40,739 bases of DNA from an uncultured Gammaproteobacteria bacterium (lineage in GTDB: Bacteria; Patescibacteriota; Patescibacteriia; Patescibacteriales; Patescibacteriaceae). The stretch spans positions 1 through 40,739 of the forward strand of contig CAYVHQ010000004.1 in NCBI GenBank assembly GCA_964451345.1, in the 5' to 3' direction. Below are positions 28,442-37,490 of this stretch, piece by piece. Positions within the stretch are counted from its first letter, which is position 1. Every line of letters begins with the position of its first letter. Both the position numbers and the translations under genes were made by a program. The notes under the pieces were generated by a model. It did not search any database and was not told the DNA's origin. It saw only the letters and a program-made list of their open reading frames with translations.

Positions 28442-30265
28442 TTATTTTTTTTCGTACCGCAATCCGCTGCCGATAGGGTATAGCGGGTTTTTCGTATCAC
28501 GGCGTTCCACCTGAGCCATGTCCCGCGGCCAGGCCACCGGCAGCTTGCCACTAAAGTCATACGTACCAGACAAGACATCGGCTAGGCCGGCGCCTTCCGT
28601 ACCCGGAAGCCAGGCCATAACAACCGCATCGGCCGCCGCAATCGCGTCAGTCATGACCAGTGGGCGGCCGGCCATGATCAAGATAATTACCCGTTTGCCA
28701 TTTTTCTTGGCGCTGGCAACGCGCGCCATATCTTCCGGTGATAGAGCTAAGTTCTCGCGATCACCCTTGCCTTCGGCGTACGGCTGCTCGCCAACCACCG
28801 CAATGGCATATTCTGCCTTCTTGGACAGCTTCTGCGTGGCCAGTGGATCGTAGGTGATATTTTCCGCTCCGAAACGATCTTTGAGAGCCTGTAAGAGCGA
28901 CGTCCCAGGAGTAGTTGCTCCCTGTCCGCCCTGCCATTCAATCGTCCAACCGCCCGATTGCATCCCGACATCGTCAGCGGCGCGTCCCACTACCAAAATC
29001 TTCTGCTTCTCTTTGATTGGCAGGGCAGTATTCTTATTTTTTAATAAAACGAGCGATTCGCGCACGGCCTGCCGGCCCAACTCACGGCGATCGGTCGAGC
29101 CGACATCTTCTGTCTCGCCCATCGGCGGGAGCGCTTTTTCAAAAAGTCCAATCGATTGTTTGGCGCGCAATATACGAGTGACCGCGTCATCAATCCGCTC
29201 CTGAGGAATCGCTCCATTGGCAACCGCTGCCGAAAGCTTGTCGATAAATTCCTGATATTCGCCCGGCAACATCACCATGTCGAGCCCGGCATTAATCGCC
29301 GTCACAATATCGCTATAATAGTCGCCGGGAATCTGATCGACCGCGCCCCAATCGGAAACCAGGAAACCGCGAAAGCCAAGATCACCCTTAAGCCTGCCTG
29401 TTAGCAGGTCCTTGTCTGCACTAATCTTCTGCCCATTGATCGAGCTGCGCGACACCATAATACTCATCGCCCCGGCCTTAACCGCCTCGCTAAAAGGTTT
29501 TAGATACGCGGCTTCAATGTCCGCCTTACTGAGACGGATGTCGCCCTGATCGAGCTTATAATCTTTTGATGTGTTCCATTCTTCCGCTCCCTCGCCAATA
29601 AAATGCTTAGGAGTAGCCAGGACGCCGCCCGCCTGTAGGCCACGAATAGCAGCCACGCCTAACTCAGTTACAATCTCCCGATCGCTGCTAAAACATTCAT
29701 ACACCCGTCCCCAGCGCAAATCGCTCGGTAGCGAAAGTACGGGCGCAAAATTCCAGTTTGCTCCGGTCGCCCTGATTTCTTCCGCTGTTATGCGCGAGAT
29801 GGTTTCTACGAGAGCCGCATTTCGCGAAGCACCCAACCCGATATTATGTGGAAAAATTACCGCATCTTTGACGTTGCCATTGCCGTGGACGGCATCGACG
29901 CCGTAGAGTATGGGAATCTCTTGTTTGGAATCAAGGGCGGCATTTTGGTAATCAGCTACCATGCGACGCCATTCTTCAGGGGTATTATCCTTAGGGTTAC
30001 CACCGCCGCCCGACAGCACGCCGCCAATCGCCTTGTCTTTTACCTCTTCTGGCGTCACTGCATTCTTGTCGATAAGAACCATTTGCCCGATTTTCTCCGG
30101 CAGACTCATGCGAGCAACCATCTCACTGATGCGCTGTTCGGCTGTCAGCTCCTGACGATTTACATCTATAAGGCGACTCGCCAAGGCCGTACCGCCCGCA
30201 AAAATAATAAAACAGACGGCCAGTAGCCAATAACGCTTCAAGCTGCTTTTGAACCATTCCTTCAT
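28442..30265 (-). CDS. Glycoside hydrolase family 3 (beta-glucosidase-like), exported
   Basis: YGVDAVHG, RWGRVYE, KHFIG, GFLVSDW nucleophile, AWLPGTEG. Confidence 0.95.
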   Translation of the reverse strand: MKEWFKSSLKRYWLLAVCFIIFAGGTALASRLIDVNRQELTAEQRISEMVARMSLPEKIGQMVLIDKNAVTPEEVKDKAIGGVLSGGGGNPKDNTPEEWRRMVADYQNAALDSKQEIPILYGVDAVHGNGNVKDAVIFPHNIGLGASRNAALVETISRITAEEIRATGANWNFAPVLSLPSDLRWGRVYECFSSDREIVTELGVAAIRGLQAGGVLATPKHFIGEGAEEWNTSKDYKLDQGDIRLSKADIEAAYLKPFSEAVKAGAMSIMVSRSSINGQKISADKDLLTGRLKGDLGFRGFLVSDWGAVDQIPGDYYSDIVTAINAGLDMVMLPGEYQEFIDKLSAAVANGAIPQERIDDAVTRILRAKQSIGLFEKALPPMGETEDVGSTDRRELGRQAVRESLVLLKNKNTALPIKEKQKILVVGRAADDVGMQSGGWTIEWQGGQGATTPGTSLLQALKDRFGAENITYDPLATQKLSKKAEYAIAVVGEQPYAEGKGDRENLALSPEDMARVASAKKNGKRVIILIMAGRPLVMTDAIAAADAVVMAWLPGTEGAGLADVLSGTYDFSGKLPVAWPRDMAQVERRDTKNPLYPIGSGLRYEKK

Positions 30266-30404
30266 ATGCGTAGGTATAATCAATAAGACAGGAATGTTTG
30301 TTTCCTTCTATGTAGTATACGTTAGTCGCCCGCTGACGTTACCCACGACTTTAACTAAAAAACAGCCTGGAAAAGGGCTGTTTTTTCACATTCTGCAGTA
30401 TTTC

Positions 30405-30908
30405 CTATTTAACAAAGAAACTGACGATTATACCAACCGCAATGGCTGACCCACCCAACAAAATCATACGAACGGTATTGCGCCGGACATTTGTCCGCGA
30501 TAAGCGACTACTAATAATGCCCAGCAGGGCGAGGGCCAGAAGGGAACAACTGATTGAGATGGACAGGCCGGTAATTCCCTCCCAAAAGAAATATGGCAGA
30601 AGGGGAATTAAGCCGGCAACAATATATGAGCCAAGCATGATGAAGGCGGCATCCATCGAGATGCGTCGTTCGCCATGATTCTCATCATGAGTGATTGCCT
30701 CCGACAAATAACTGCCAATGCCCATAGAAAACGCCTCAACGAAAATAAGTACGACTCCAGTCAAGACAAGTGTCGGACGGGCAACGCCGGCAATTGCCAC
30801 GCCAGAAAGTAATCCGACAGTCGAAACCAGACTGTCCTCGGCGCCAAAGACAAAGTTACGGATAAATGTCTGATCCTCGGCCGAAACAGATGAAGTAATT
30901 TTTTTCAT
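30405..30908 (-). CDS. VIT1/CCC1 family transporter
   Basis: FVFGAEDSLVSTVGL, EAFSMGIGSYLS, GLIPLLPY. Confidence 0.92.
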   Translation of the reverse strand: MKKITSSVSAEDQTFIRNFVFGAEDSLVSTVGLLSGVAIAGVARPTLVLTGVVLIFVEAFSMGIGSYLSEAITHDENHGERRISMDAAFIMLGSYIVAGLIPLLPYFFWEGITGLSISISCSLLALALLGIISSRLSRTNVRRNTVRMILLGGSAIAVGIIVSFFVK

Positions 30909-30976
30909 ATCGCGTTGTTGTGACGAAACAGGTATGTCTTTATAATAGCAGTCGAATGGACTTCGTCACAAGATGT

Positions 30977-32125
30977 CTATGTCGTGCGACTCGATACAAC
31001 ATCAGCTCCGACTGCTTGAGAAATTGAGGAATAGCCGTCCCGGCGGAGAAGTCGAACCAAGCCGCGATTAATCTGCGGAACAAGCTGCGGACCTTCATAA
31101 ATTAGGCCGGTAATGAGCTGGAGCAATGACGCGCCGGAGCGAATCTTGCGATAGGCATCTTCCGCACTGAAAATTCCGCCACAGCCGACGAGAACGAACT
31201 CCTGGCCGCAGCGTTCATATATATACCGTATCAGTTCATCGGAGTGCTTCTGCACTGGCAATCCACTTAGAGAGCCCACGGCTGGCACATTTTGATCAGC
31301 CAACGTATCCGGCCGACCCTTAAGAAGGTTGGTACAGATAAACCCGGCAATATGATAGCGGCGGGCCGTTTCAATTATTAGATTAATCTGTGCCGGCGGC
31401 AAGGCCGCTGGTAATTTTAAAAAGATAGGCCGAGCGCAGCGCAGGGCCAGTCTGGCGAAGGTGATGGCTGCGAGTAAATCATCAAGCGGCTGGGCTTCTA
31501 GAAACGATTCTCCACCAAACGCATTTGGGCAGCTGATATTAAGCGTGAAGTAACTGCCTAGTGCGCAGCGCGCAAAAGCGGCATAGGCCTTAACGAAGTC
31601 ATCAATTCCCGCCTTTAACTCAACTGTTTCGGGACAATTAGTTCGAGCCAAGCTGATGCCTAGCGGAATAGCGCAGGGGCGTTCAGCTAAGCGGGCAGCG
31701 ATAACCCGGGCGCCAGAATTTTTTAAGCCGATATTTACGAGAATGCTCTTAGATTTAGGCAGGCGCCAGAGCCAGCGTCCCGGATTCCCGACACAGGGTT
31801 CACCGGTGACCGAGCCTAATTCCATGAACCCGAAGCCCATTTCCGGAAGTAGTCGACTCAACCGCGCATCCTTGTCGAAACCTGCCGCCAAACCGACTGG
31901 GTTTTCAAAGCGTATGCCAGCCACGGTTTGCCGCAAAGAAACATTGGAATAACTAAAAACCAGCGAGGCCATTCGCCGCGCCACGGCCCTCTCTCCCAAA
32001 CGCTCGCCTAAGGAAAGAGCCGCTGCATGAACGCGCTCCGGATCGACGCGAAAGAGAATCGGCTTGAGGAGCCGTCGATAACCAAGGCTCAGAACTGAGT
32101 CACGCAGGGTTTTCCAAGAATCCAT
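30977..32125 (-). CDS. pyrD: Dihydroorotate dehydrogenase, class 2-like
   Basis: DPERVH, NPVGLAAGFDKD, NISCPN, LSGLP, GCGGIFS, QLITGLIYEGP. Confidence 0.93.
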   Translation of the reverse strand: MDSWKTLRDSVLSLGYRRLLKPILFRVDPERVHAAALSLGERLGERAVARRMASLVFSYSNVSLRQTVAGIRFENPVGLAAGFDKDARLSRLLPEMGFGFMELGSVTGEPCVGNPGRWLWRLPKSKSILVNIGLKNSGARVIAARLAERPCAIPLGISLARTNCPETVELKAGIDDFVKAYAAFARCALGSYFTLNISCPNAFGGESFLEAQPLDDLLAAITFARLALRCARPIFLKLPAALPPAQINLIIETARRYHIAGFICTNLLKGRPDTLADQNVPAVGSLSGLPVQKHSDELIRYIYERCGQEFVLVGCGGIFSAEDAYRKIRSGASLLQLITGLIYEGPQLVPQINRGLVRLLRRDGYSSISQAVGADVVSSRTT

Positions 32126-32166
32126 ATATTGTTGATAAACATCTTTTGCACCACAACATGTTGTGC
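32119..32166. promoter_or_regulatory. Tandem NrdR boxes
   Basis: AATCCATATATTGTTG (32119) and CCACAACATGTTGTGC (32151) fit acaCwAtATaTwGtgt, 32 bp apart, upstream of the RNR operon. Confidence 0.75.
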
Positions 32167-32278
32167 ATATCTTCCAGAAAGACGGATTTTACTGGAGATA
32201 ATACCATCTCGACGCGGACCAGTCGGCTTGGTATAATAGTTTCATTGTTTCGATATTAATAAACTATCATAAAACGTT

Positions 32279-32836
32279 ATGTCTGTCACGTCCGTGCGTT
32301 CCGGCTGGTTCAAGCTAATCGTGGGCTGGGCCCTATCCTTTGCCCTGCGCGCCATACCATTTCGACCACCGAACCTCGAACCAATCCTCGCCGTGCAGAT
32401 GCCTTTTACTCGCCGCTTCGGCGTCGTGGTTGGGTTTGCCTTTGCCTTCGTTAATATAGTGCTTTTTGATGCCGTCACGGGCAAACTCGGACAATGGACC
32501 TTTATCACGGCTGCTTGCTACGGCTTGCTTGCCATTTTTTCCGCCTGGTATTTCCGCCATCGTGCCGGGACCGCTCTGCAATACGCCGTCCATGCCGTGT
32601 ATGCAACCCTGCTGTACGACGCCGTTACCAGCCTGAGCATCGGCCCGCTCTTTTTTGGTCAGAGCCTCAGCGAAGCCTTCTTTGGACAGATTCCTTTTAC
32701 GGTTTATCACCTCATCGGTAATATCGCCCTGGGAGCAATCGTCAGTCCGGTTATTTTCCGTTGGGTAGCTGCCAATCCTCGTTTTGAAACAGGCGCTCTC
32801 CGCCAGCTCATTTTTCGCACTAAAGCACCCCTATGA
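32279..32836 (+). CDS. ECF transporter S component, probably for cobalamin (CbrT/BtuM-like)
   Basis: About six TMs, LR.IPFRPPNLEPI, GQWT, QIPFTVYHLIGN; ATGA overlap with the RNR gene. Confidence 0.7.
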   Translation: MSVTSVRSGWFKLIVGWALSFALRAIPFRPPNLEPILAVQMPFTRRFGVVVGFAFAFVNIVLFDAVTGKLGQWTFITAACYGLLAIFSAWYFRHRAGTALQYAVHAVYATLLYDAVTSLSIGPLFFGQSLSEAFFGQIPFTVYHLIGNIALGAIVSPVIFRWVAANPRFETGALRQLIFRTKAPL

Positions 32837-35133
32837 CAAAATACCCCGCAAGCGTTCCAACCCGTCTGCGCAAACGTGACGGCCGTATTGTTCCCTTTGA
32901 CGCTGGACGAATTGAACAGGCTGTCACCAAAGCCTTTAATGCCGTAAAAGAAACTGCTGACGGCTTTCCGCTCAAAGTCGCCCGACAGGTCGAACGTGAT
33001 TTAGCTCATTTGCTAAAAGTATCACATAACAAAGACTTCCTACCCACGGTCGAACTTATCCAGGATATAGTCGAGGAGGCCCTCATGGACCAGGGTTTTC
33101 ATAAAGTCGCTAAGGCCTATATCATCTACCGACAGGAAAGACAGGAAGCGAGACGACAAGGCGGCTCTGTCCCCGAACATGTGCGCCGGTTATCCGAAGA
33201 AAGTAAAACGTATTTCCGCAATCCGCTTGCCGAATTTGTCTACTACCGGACATATGCCCGTTGGATTGACGCCGAACGCCGACGCGAGACCTGGATCGAG
33301 ACAGTCGACCGCTACATAAACTTTATGCGGGAGCGCCTTGGTAAAAAGCTGCGTCCGAGCGAATATGCCGAGCTGCGCCAGGCGATCCTTAAGCAAGAAG
33401 TTATGCCTTCGATGCGCCTTCTCCAGTTTGCTGGCAGCGCCGCCAATGCCAGCAATGTGTGTGCCTATAACTGCTCCTACGTCGCTCCGGAAAATTTCCG
33501 CGACATTGCCGAAATTATGTATATCTCGATGTGCGGCACGGGTGTAGGATGGTCAGTCGAAAGTCAGAATGTCCAGCGCTTTCCCCAAATTGAAGCGCAA
33601 GACGGGAACACACTTCCTCTTCACGTCATCGCTGACAGCAAAGAAGGCTGGGCCGATGCTCTCGTACTCGGCATGAAGACCTGGGCCGCCGGGCATGATA
33701 TCGATTTTGATTTCTCACAGCTGCGTCCGGCCGGCGCCCGCCTGAAAACGATGGGCGGCAAAAGCTCCGGCCCTGAACCGCTCCGCCGCCTGCTCGAATT
33801 TACCCGCCGCAAAATGCTTAGCCGACAAGGCAAGCGACTGCGCAACATCGACCTGCACGATATTATCTGCACAATCGGCGATTGCGTCGTGGCGGGCGGC
33901 GTTCGTCGCAGCGCTATGATTTCACTTTCCGATCTTGACGACCAGGACATTCGCGACGCAAAAAAGGGTCAGTTTTATCTGACCGATCCGCAGCGATCAT
34001 TAGCAAATAACTCTGCCGTCTATGGCCGAAAGCCAACCAGTGAAGAATTCTTGGAAGAGTGGATGGCGCTTGCAAAATCAGGATCAGGCGAACGTGGAAT
34101 TTTTAATCGCGGCTCGCTTGCACATAGCCTTCCGGAACGTCGCCTGAAACTTTTGCGCCGCAAAAAAGGCATGTTTGATGCCTCCGGCCAAACGATTATT
34201 GGCCTCATCGGAACTAATCCCTGCGGTGAAATAATCTTGCAATCTAAACAGTTCTGTAATCTGTCTGAGGTTGTCGCCCGGTCAAACGATACCCGCGCCA
34301 CCCTCCTCCACAAGGCAAAATTAGCCGCCCTGCTAGGTGCGTACCAGTCCACCCTGACTGACTTCCCCTACCTTTCCAAAGAATGGAAAGAGAACTGCGA
34401 GGCGGAACGCCTGCTCGGCGTTTCCGTTACCGGCCAATGGGATTGCCCGCTCGTCCGTCAGCCTGCCATCTTAGCCGCATTAAAAAAAGCCGCGCTTCAG
34501 GCCAGCGCGCTCTATGCCAAACGCTTCGGCATCAGCGCTTCAACCTGCGTCACCTGCGTTAAGCCTTCCGGCACCGTCTCCCAGCTGGTCGATTGCGCTT
34601 CGGGCATGCATCCGCGACATGCGCCGTATTATATCCGCCGCATTCGCATCTCAGCGACCGACGCGCTCTATAAGATGCTGCGCGACCAGGGCGTCCCCAC
34701 TCTTCCGGAAGTCGGCCAGTCAGCCGACAGCGCTACCACCTTCGTCTTTGAATTCCCGGTAAAATCGCCCGAGGGTTCAATCTATAAAAATAAGCTGTCC
34801 GCTCTCGAACTTCTCGCATACTGGAAAGAAGTTAAACTGTCATATACCGAACATAACCCGTCCGTTACGGTCTCCGTTGGAGAAGACGAATGGATTAGCG
34901 TCGCCAACTGGGTCTATGAAAACTGGGACATCGTCGGGGGCTTGTCATTCCTGCCTCGCTCCAACCATGTCTATCAGCTCGCCCCGTATGAAGAAATAAA
35001 CGCTACCCGTTACCAGGCGCTCAAGAAGAACTTTGAGAATATCGACTTCGCCAAAATCGTCAGTTATGAAGCCGAGGATGAGACGGAAATGAAACGCGAG
35101 TTAGCCTGCATGGGCGGCAGCTGCGAACTGTAA
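32833..35133 (+). CDS. nrdJ: Class II (AdoCbl-dependent) ribonucleotide reductase, RTPR-type, with ATP cone
   Basis: ATP cone (KRDGRIVPFD..RI), PSMR, YNCSY, GGVRRSA, TNPCGEI, CVKPSGT, C-terminal ACMGGSCEL. Confidence 0.95.
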   Translation: MTKYPASVPTRLRKRDGRIVPFDAGRIEQAVTKAFNAVKETADGFPLKVARQVERDLAHLLKVSHNKDFLPTVELIQDIVEEALMDQGFHKVAKAYIIYRQERQEARRQGGSVPEHVRRLSEESKTYFRNPLAEFVYYRTYARWIDAERRRETWIETVDRYINFMRERLGKKLRPSEYAELRQAILKQEVMPSMRLLQFAGSAANASNVCAYNCSYVAPENFRDIAEIMYISMCGTGVGWSVESQNVQRFPQIEAQDGNTLPLHVIADSKEGWADALVLGMKTWAAGHDIDFDFSQLRPAGARLKTMGGKSSGPEPLRRLLEFTRRKMLSRQGKRLRNIDLHDIICTIGDCVVAGGVRRSAMISLSDLDDQDIRDAKKGQFYLTDPQRSLANNSAVYGRKPTSEEFLEEWMALAKSGSGERGIFNRGSLAHSLPERRLKLLRRKKGMFDASGQTIIGLIGTNPCGEIILQSKQFCNLSEVVARSNDTRATLLHKAKLAALLGAYQSTLTDFPYLSKEWKENCEAERLLGVSVTGQWDCPLVRQPAILAALKKAALQASALYAKRFGISASTCVTCVKPSGTVSQLVDCASGMHPRHAPYYIRRIRISATDALYKMLRDQGVPTLPEVGQSADSATTFVFEFPVKSPEGSIYKNKLSALELLAYWKEVKLSYTEHNPSVTVSVGEDEWISVANWVYENWDIVGGLSFLPRSNHVYQLAPYEEINATRYQALKKNFENIDFAKIVSYEAEDETEMKRELACMGGSCEL

Positions 35134-35134
35134 T

Positions 35135-35698
35135 ATGCCAGCCCCATTCTATACTGGCCGAGGTGATGACGGCCGTTCCTGTTTGTTTGGCAGCGGCGTG
35201 CGTGTTCCGAAACAGGACCCTATCTTTGAATTGCTAGGCACTCTCGACGAATTAAATACCTGGCTTGGACTGTGCCGGGCGGAAGCAAAAATTCCCGGCC
35301 AATCAGACGAACAGACAAAACGTATCGCCGCGCCCCTGGAACAAGCCCAGCACGCCCTCTTCACGCTTCAGGCACAAGTGGCCGGCGCCGCCAAGCACAT
35401 CAGCCTTGACCACATCGAAACGCAAGAAAAAACTATAGAGCTGCTTAGCGAAAATCTGCCGCTGCCCGATGGCTTCTATTTGTCCGGCGGCTGCCGACTG
35501 AGCGCCCAGCTCGACATTGCCCGCACGGTCGCCCGCCGCGCCGAACGCCTGCTATGGAACATTGCCGACACGCGCGTTATCCCCGGATTAGCGCCGGCCG
35601 CTGCGTACCTGAACCGGCTCTCCAGTCTTTTATATGTCCTCGTCCGGCACGCCAATCAGTCCCATGGCATCGTCGAAACTCCGCCACAGTATAGTTGA
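35135..35698 (+). CDS. pduO: PduO-type ATP:cob(I)alamin adenosyltransferase
   Basis: YTGRGDDG, GTLDELN, ARTVARRAER, YLNRLSSLLY. Confidence 0.93.
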   Translation: MPAPFYTGRGDDGRSCLFGSGVRVPKQDPIFELLGTLDELNTWLGLCRAEAKIPGQSDEQTKRIAAPLEQAQHALFTLQAQVAGAAKHISLDHIETQEKTIELLSENLPLPDGFYLSGGCRLSAQLDIARTVARRAERLLWNIADTRVIPGLAPAAAYLNRLSSLLYVLVRHANQSHGIVETPPQYS

Positions 35699-35729
35699 TT
35701 TTTCGTCTTGCCGGGTATACTATAGCCGT

Positions 35730-36044
35730 ATGCCTAAATTAACCGCCGTCCTGCCAAAAATCGCCTTCGAGCAGAACGCCAAATTATATAAAATCCTGGC
35801 TAATGAAAAACGGCTTGAGATTTTGAATAACATTAAGCACCGCGAGCTTTCCGTCGAGCAGCTGCTGAAGATTACCCAACTACCCAAAGCTAATCTTTCT
35901 CAGCATCTGGCCCTGCTTCGGCACAGCCGCCTCGTTCGGGCCCGCAAACAAGGCTTAAATGTCTACTATACAATCATTAACCCAGACATTATCGAACCCT
36001 GCGTCATCCTCCATAAACTCTGGCGAAATAAAAAGATTACCTAA
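35730..36044 (+). CDS. ArsR/SmtB family transcriptional regulator
   Basis: YKILANEKRLEIL, NLSQHLALLR, VYY. Confidence 0.92.
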   Translation: MPKLTAVLPKIAFEQNAKLYKILANEKRLEILNNIKHRELSVEQLLKITQLPKANLSQHLALLRHSRLVRARKQGLNVYYTIINPDIIEPCVILHKLWRNKKIT

Positions 36045-36130
36045 ATTCAGGCTACTCAAGAAAAATAACCCAAACGGGTTATTTTTTTATAGCGGTGATA
36101 TACTATAGTTATTACTCATACATGATATAT

Positions 36131-36682
36131 ATGTCACTCTCTTACCGATCATTGACCGGACTCGCTGTCCCAGCCGTGCTGCTTACCCTGTTGTTTGGAA
36201 CTATGTATGGCTGCGGCCATTATATCCTTCGACAATCAGCCGATGACCCGCAAATCCAACTGTCCGAAGACGCCGCTCAGAAACTAGAAATTTCGGCTGA
36301 AGCAGCTCAGCCGCTTACTAACGGAAGTATCGATGTTGCGACAAGCCTGGCTCCATATGTCGTTTTATATTCAACTGATGGCCAGCCAATCAGCGGCAAT
36401 GGCTATCTTGATTCCATGTTGCCAGCTCTGCCACTCGGCGTCCTGACGACCGCCGGCGAGAAGGGTCAGAACCGCATTACCTGGCAACCGCGCCCCGGCC
36501 TGCGTCAGGCACTAGTAATTACGAAGGCGGGCGCCAAAGGCTTTGCCGTCTCCGGACGCTCACTGCGTGAAACTGAGAACCGCATCAGTCAATTATCAAG
36601 CTTCATTGTCTTTGGCTGGATTGTTTCACTTCTTCTACTCGCGGGCGGACTGTGGTCAAAAAAGACAGAGCTACGGCGCTAG
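36131..36682 (+). CDS. Hypothetical membrane protein (TM-extracellular domain-TM)
   Basis: LRQSADDPQIQ, RITWQPRPGLRQA, GRSLRETE; start may be 36122. Confidence 0.75.
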   Translation: MSLSYRSLTGLAVPAVLLTLLFGTMYGCGHYILRQSADDPQIQLSEDAAQKLEISAEAAQPLTNGSIDVATSLAPYVVLYSTDGQPISGNGYLDSMLPALPLGVLTTAGEKGQNRITWQPRPGLRQALVITKAGAKGFAVSGRSLRETENRISQLSSFIVFGWIVSLLLLAGGLWSKKTELRR

Positions 36683-36689
36683 TCCCGGT

Positions 36690-37466
36690 ATGGCAACTTC
36701 TCTGGTTCTCTCGCTTCTTCTCTTTGTTTTTCTTTTAGGCGTTATCTCGTTATCAATTTCGCTCAAGCCATTCTCTTTCCAAGCTAAGCCCATCAAGCTC
36801 TCGCCCTCTTTATTTTATGGCCTCGTCCTGAGCATAAGCGCCCTTTTTGCCGCTGCCTCCTTTATCATAGTGAACTTCGGCACCGCGCCCTGGCTGCAGA
36901 TTTTGTACTACCTGCTTTTTCTCAGTGGAATCTTTCTTAATGCCATTGTGCTTTCCGACAAACCTATTGTGCGCCGTCTGCTTCTCGTCGGCGGCCTAGG
37001 TATCTGCCTGCTATTCTTCGCCACCACTAGTCCATGGAGCCAGAATCTGCTGATGGCTATCAGTCTGCTCTGGGTTGGACCGTCACTCGTTCAGCGCCTA
37101 AAAATCTCCACGCCATACCTTTTAGTATCCATTGGCCTCGGAGCGCTGGCTGACATATATTCTGTCTGGCTCTCGCGAGTCACGCCCGCGTTTGATGATT
37201 CCGCTCTTTTTCTTAACGGCATTATCAGTGTTGGCGATTATTCAATAGGGCTTGGCGATTTTGCCTTCGCCTCCTTGGCCGTCGCCCTGCTTGTCCGAGA
37301 AAGAAAAGTTGGCGCGGCCTGGCTAGCCGCTGTCCTGATCGCTTTTGTCCGCTTTGGACTAAGAATTATTTTCCCATGGCTCGGCGACATTCCGTATGTG
37401 GCCGTTATCGCCGCTCTGTTCTTGGTATTGTATATATATTCGCCCCTCCCTTCTGGCCGGTCTTAA
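36690..37466 (+). CDS. GxGD-type intramembrane aspartyl protease-like protein
   Basis: Polytopic; intramembrane Asp in LADIYSVW and IGLGDF, with a later IPY motif. Confidence 0.6.
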   Translation: MATSLVLSLLLFVFLLGVISLSISLKPFSFQAKPIKLSPSLFYGLVLSISALFAAASFIIVNFGTAPWLQILYYLLFLSGIFLNAIVLSDKPIVRRLLLVGGLGICLLFFATTSPWSQNLLMAISLLWVGPSLVQRLKISTPYLLVSIGLGALADIYSVWLSRVTPAFDDSALFLNGIISVGDYSIGLGDFAFASLAVALLVRERKVGAAWLAAVLIAFVRFGLRIIFPWLGDIPYVAVIAALFLVLYIYSPLPSGRS

Positions 37467-37490
37467 TACTCGTCATGGTATACTAACGTC

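Noticed and set aside
32126-32278. Cobalamin riboswitch
   Set aside because: Region is short and AT-rich with no B12-box; NrdR boxes explain the visible palindrome.
36043-36088. AAATTCAGGCT as another cassette junction
   Set aside because: Only 11 bp match, no matching stem partner and no core; the adjacent hairpin is an ordinary terminator.
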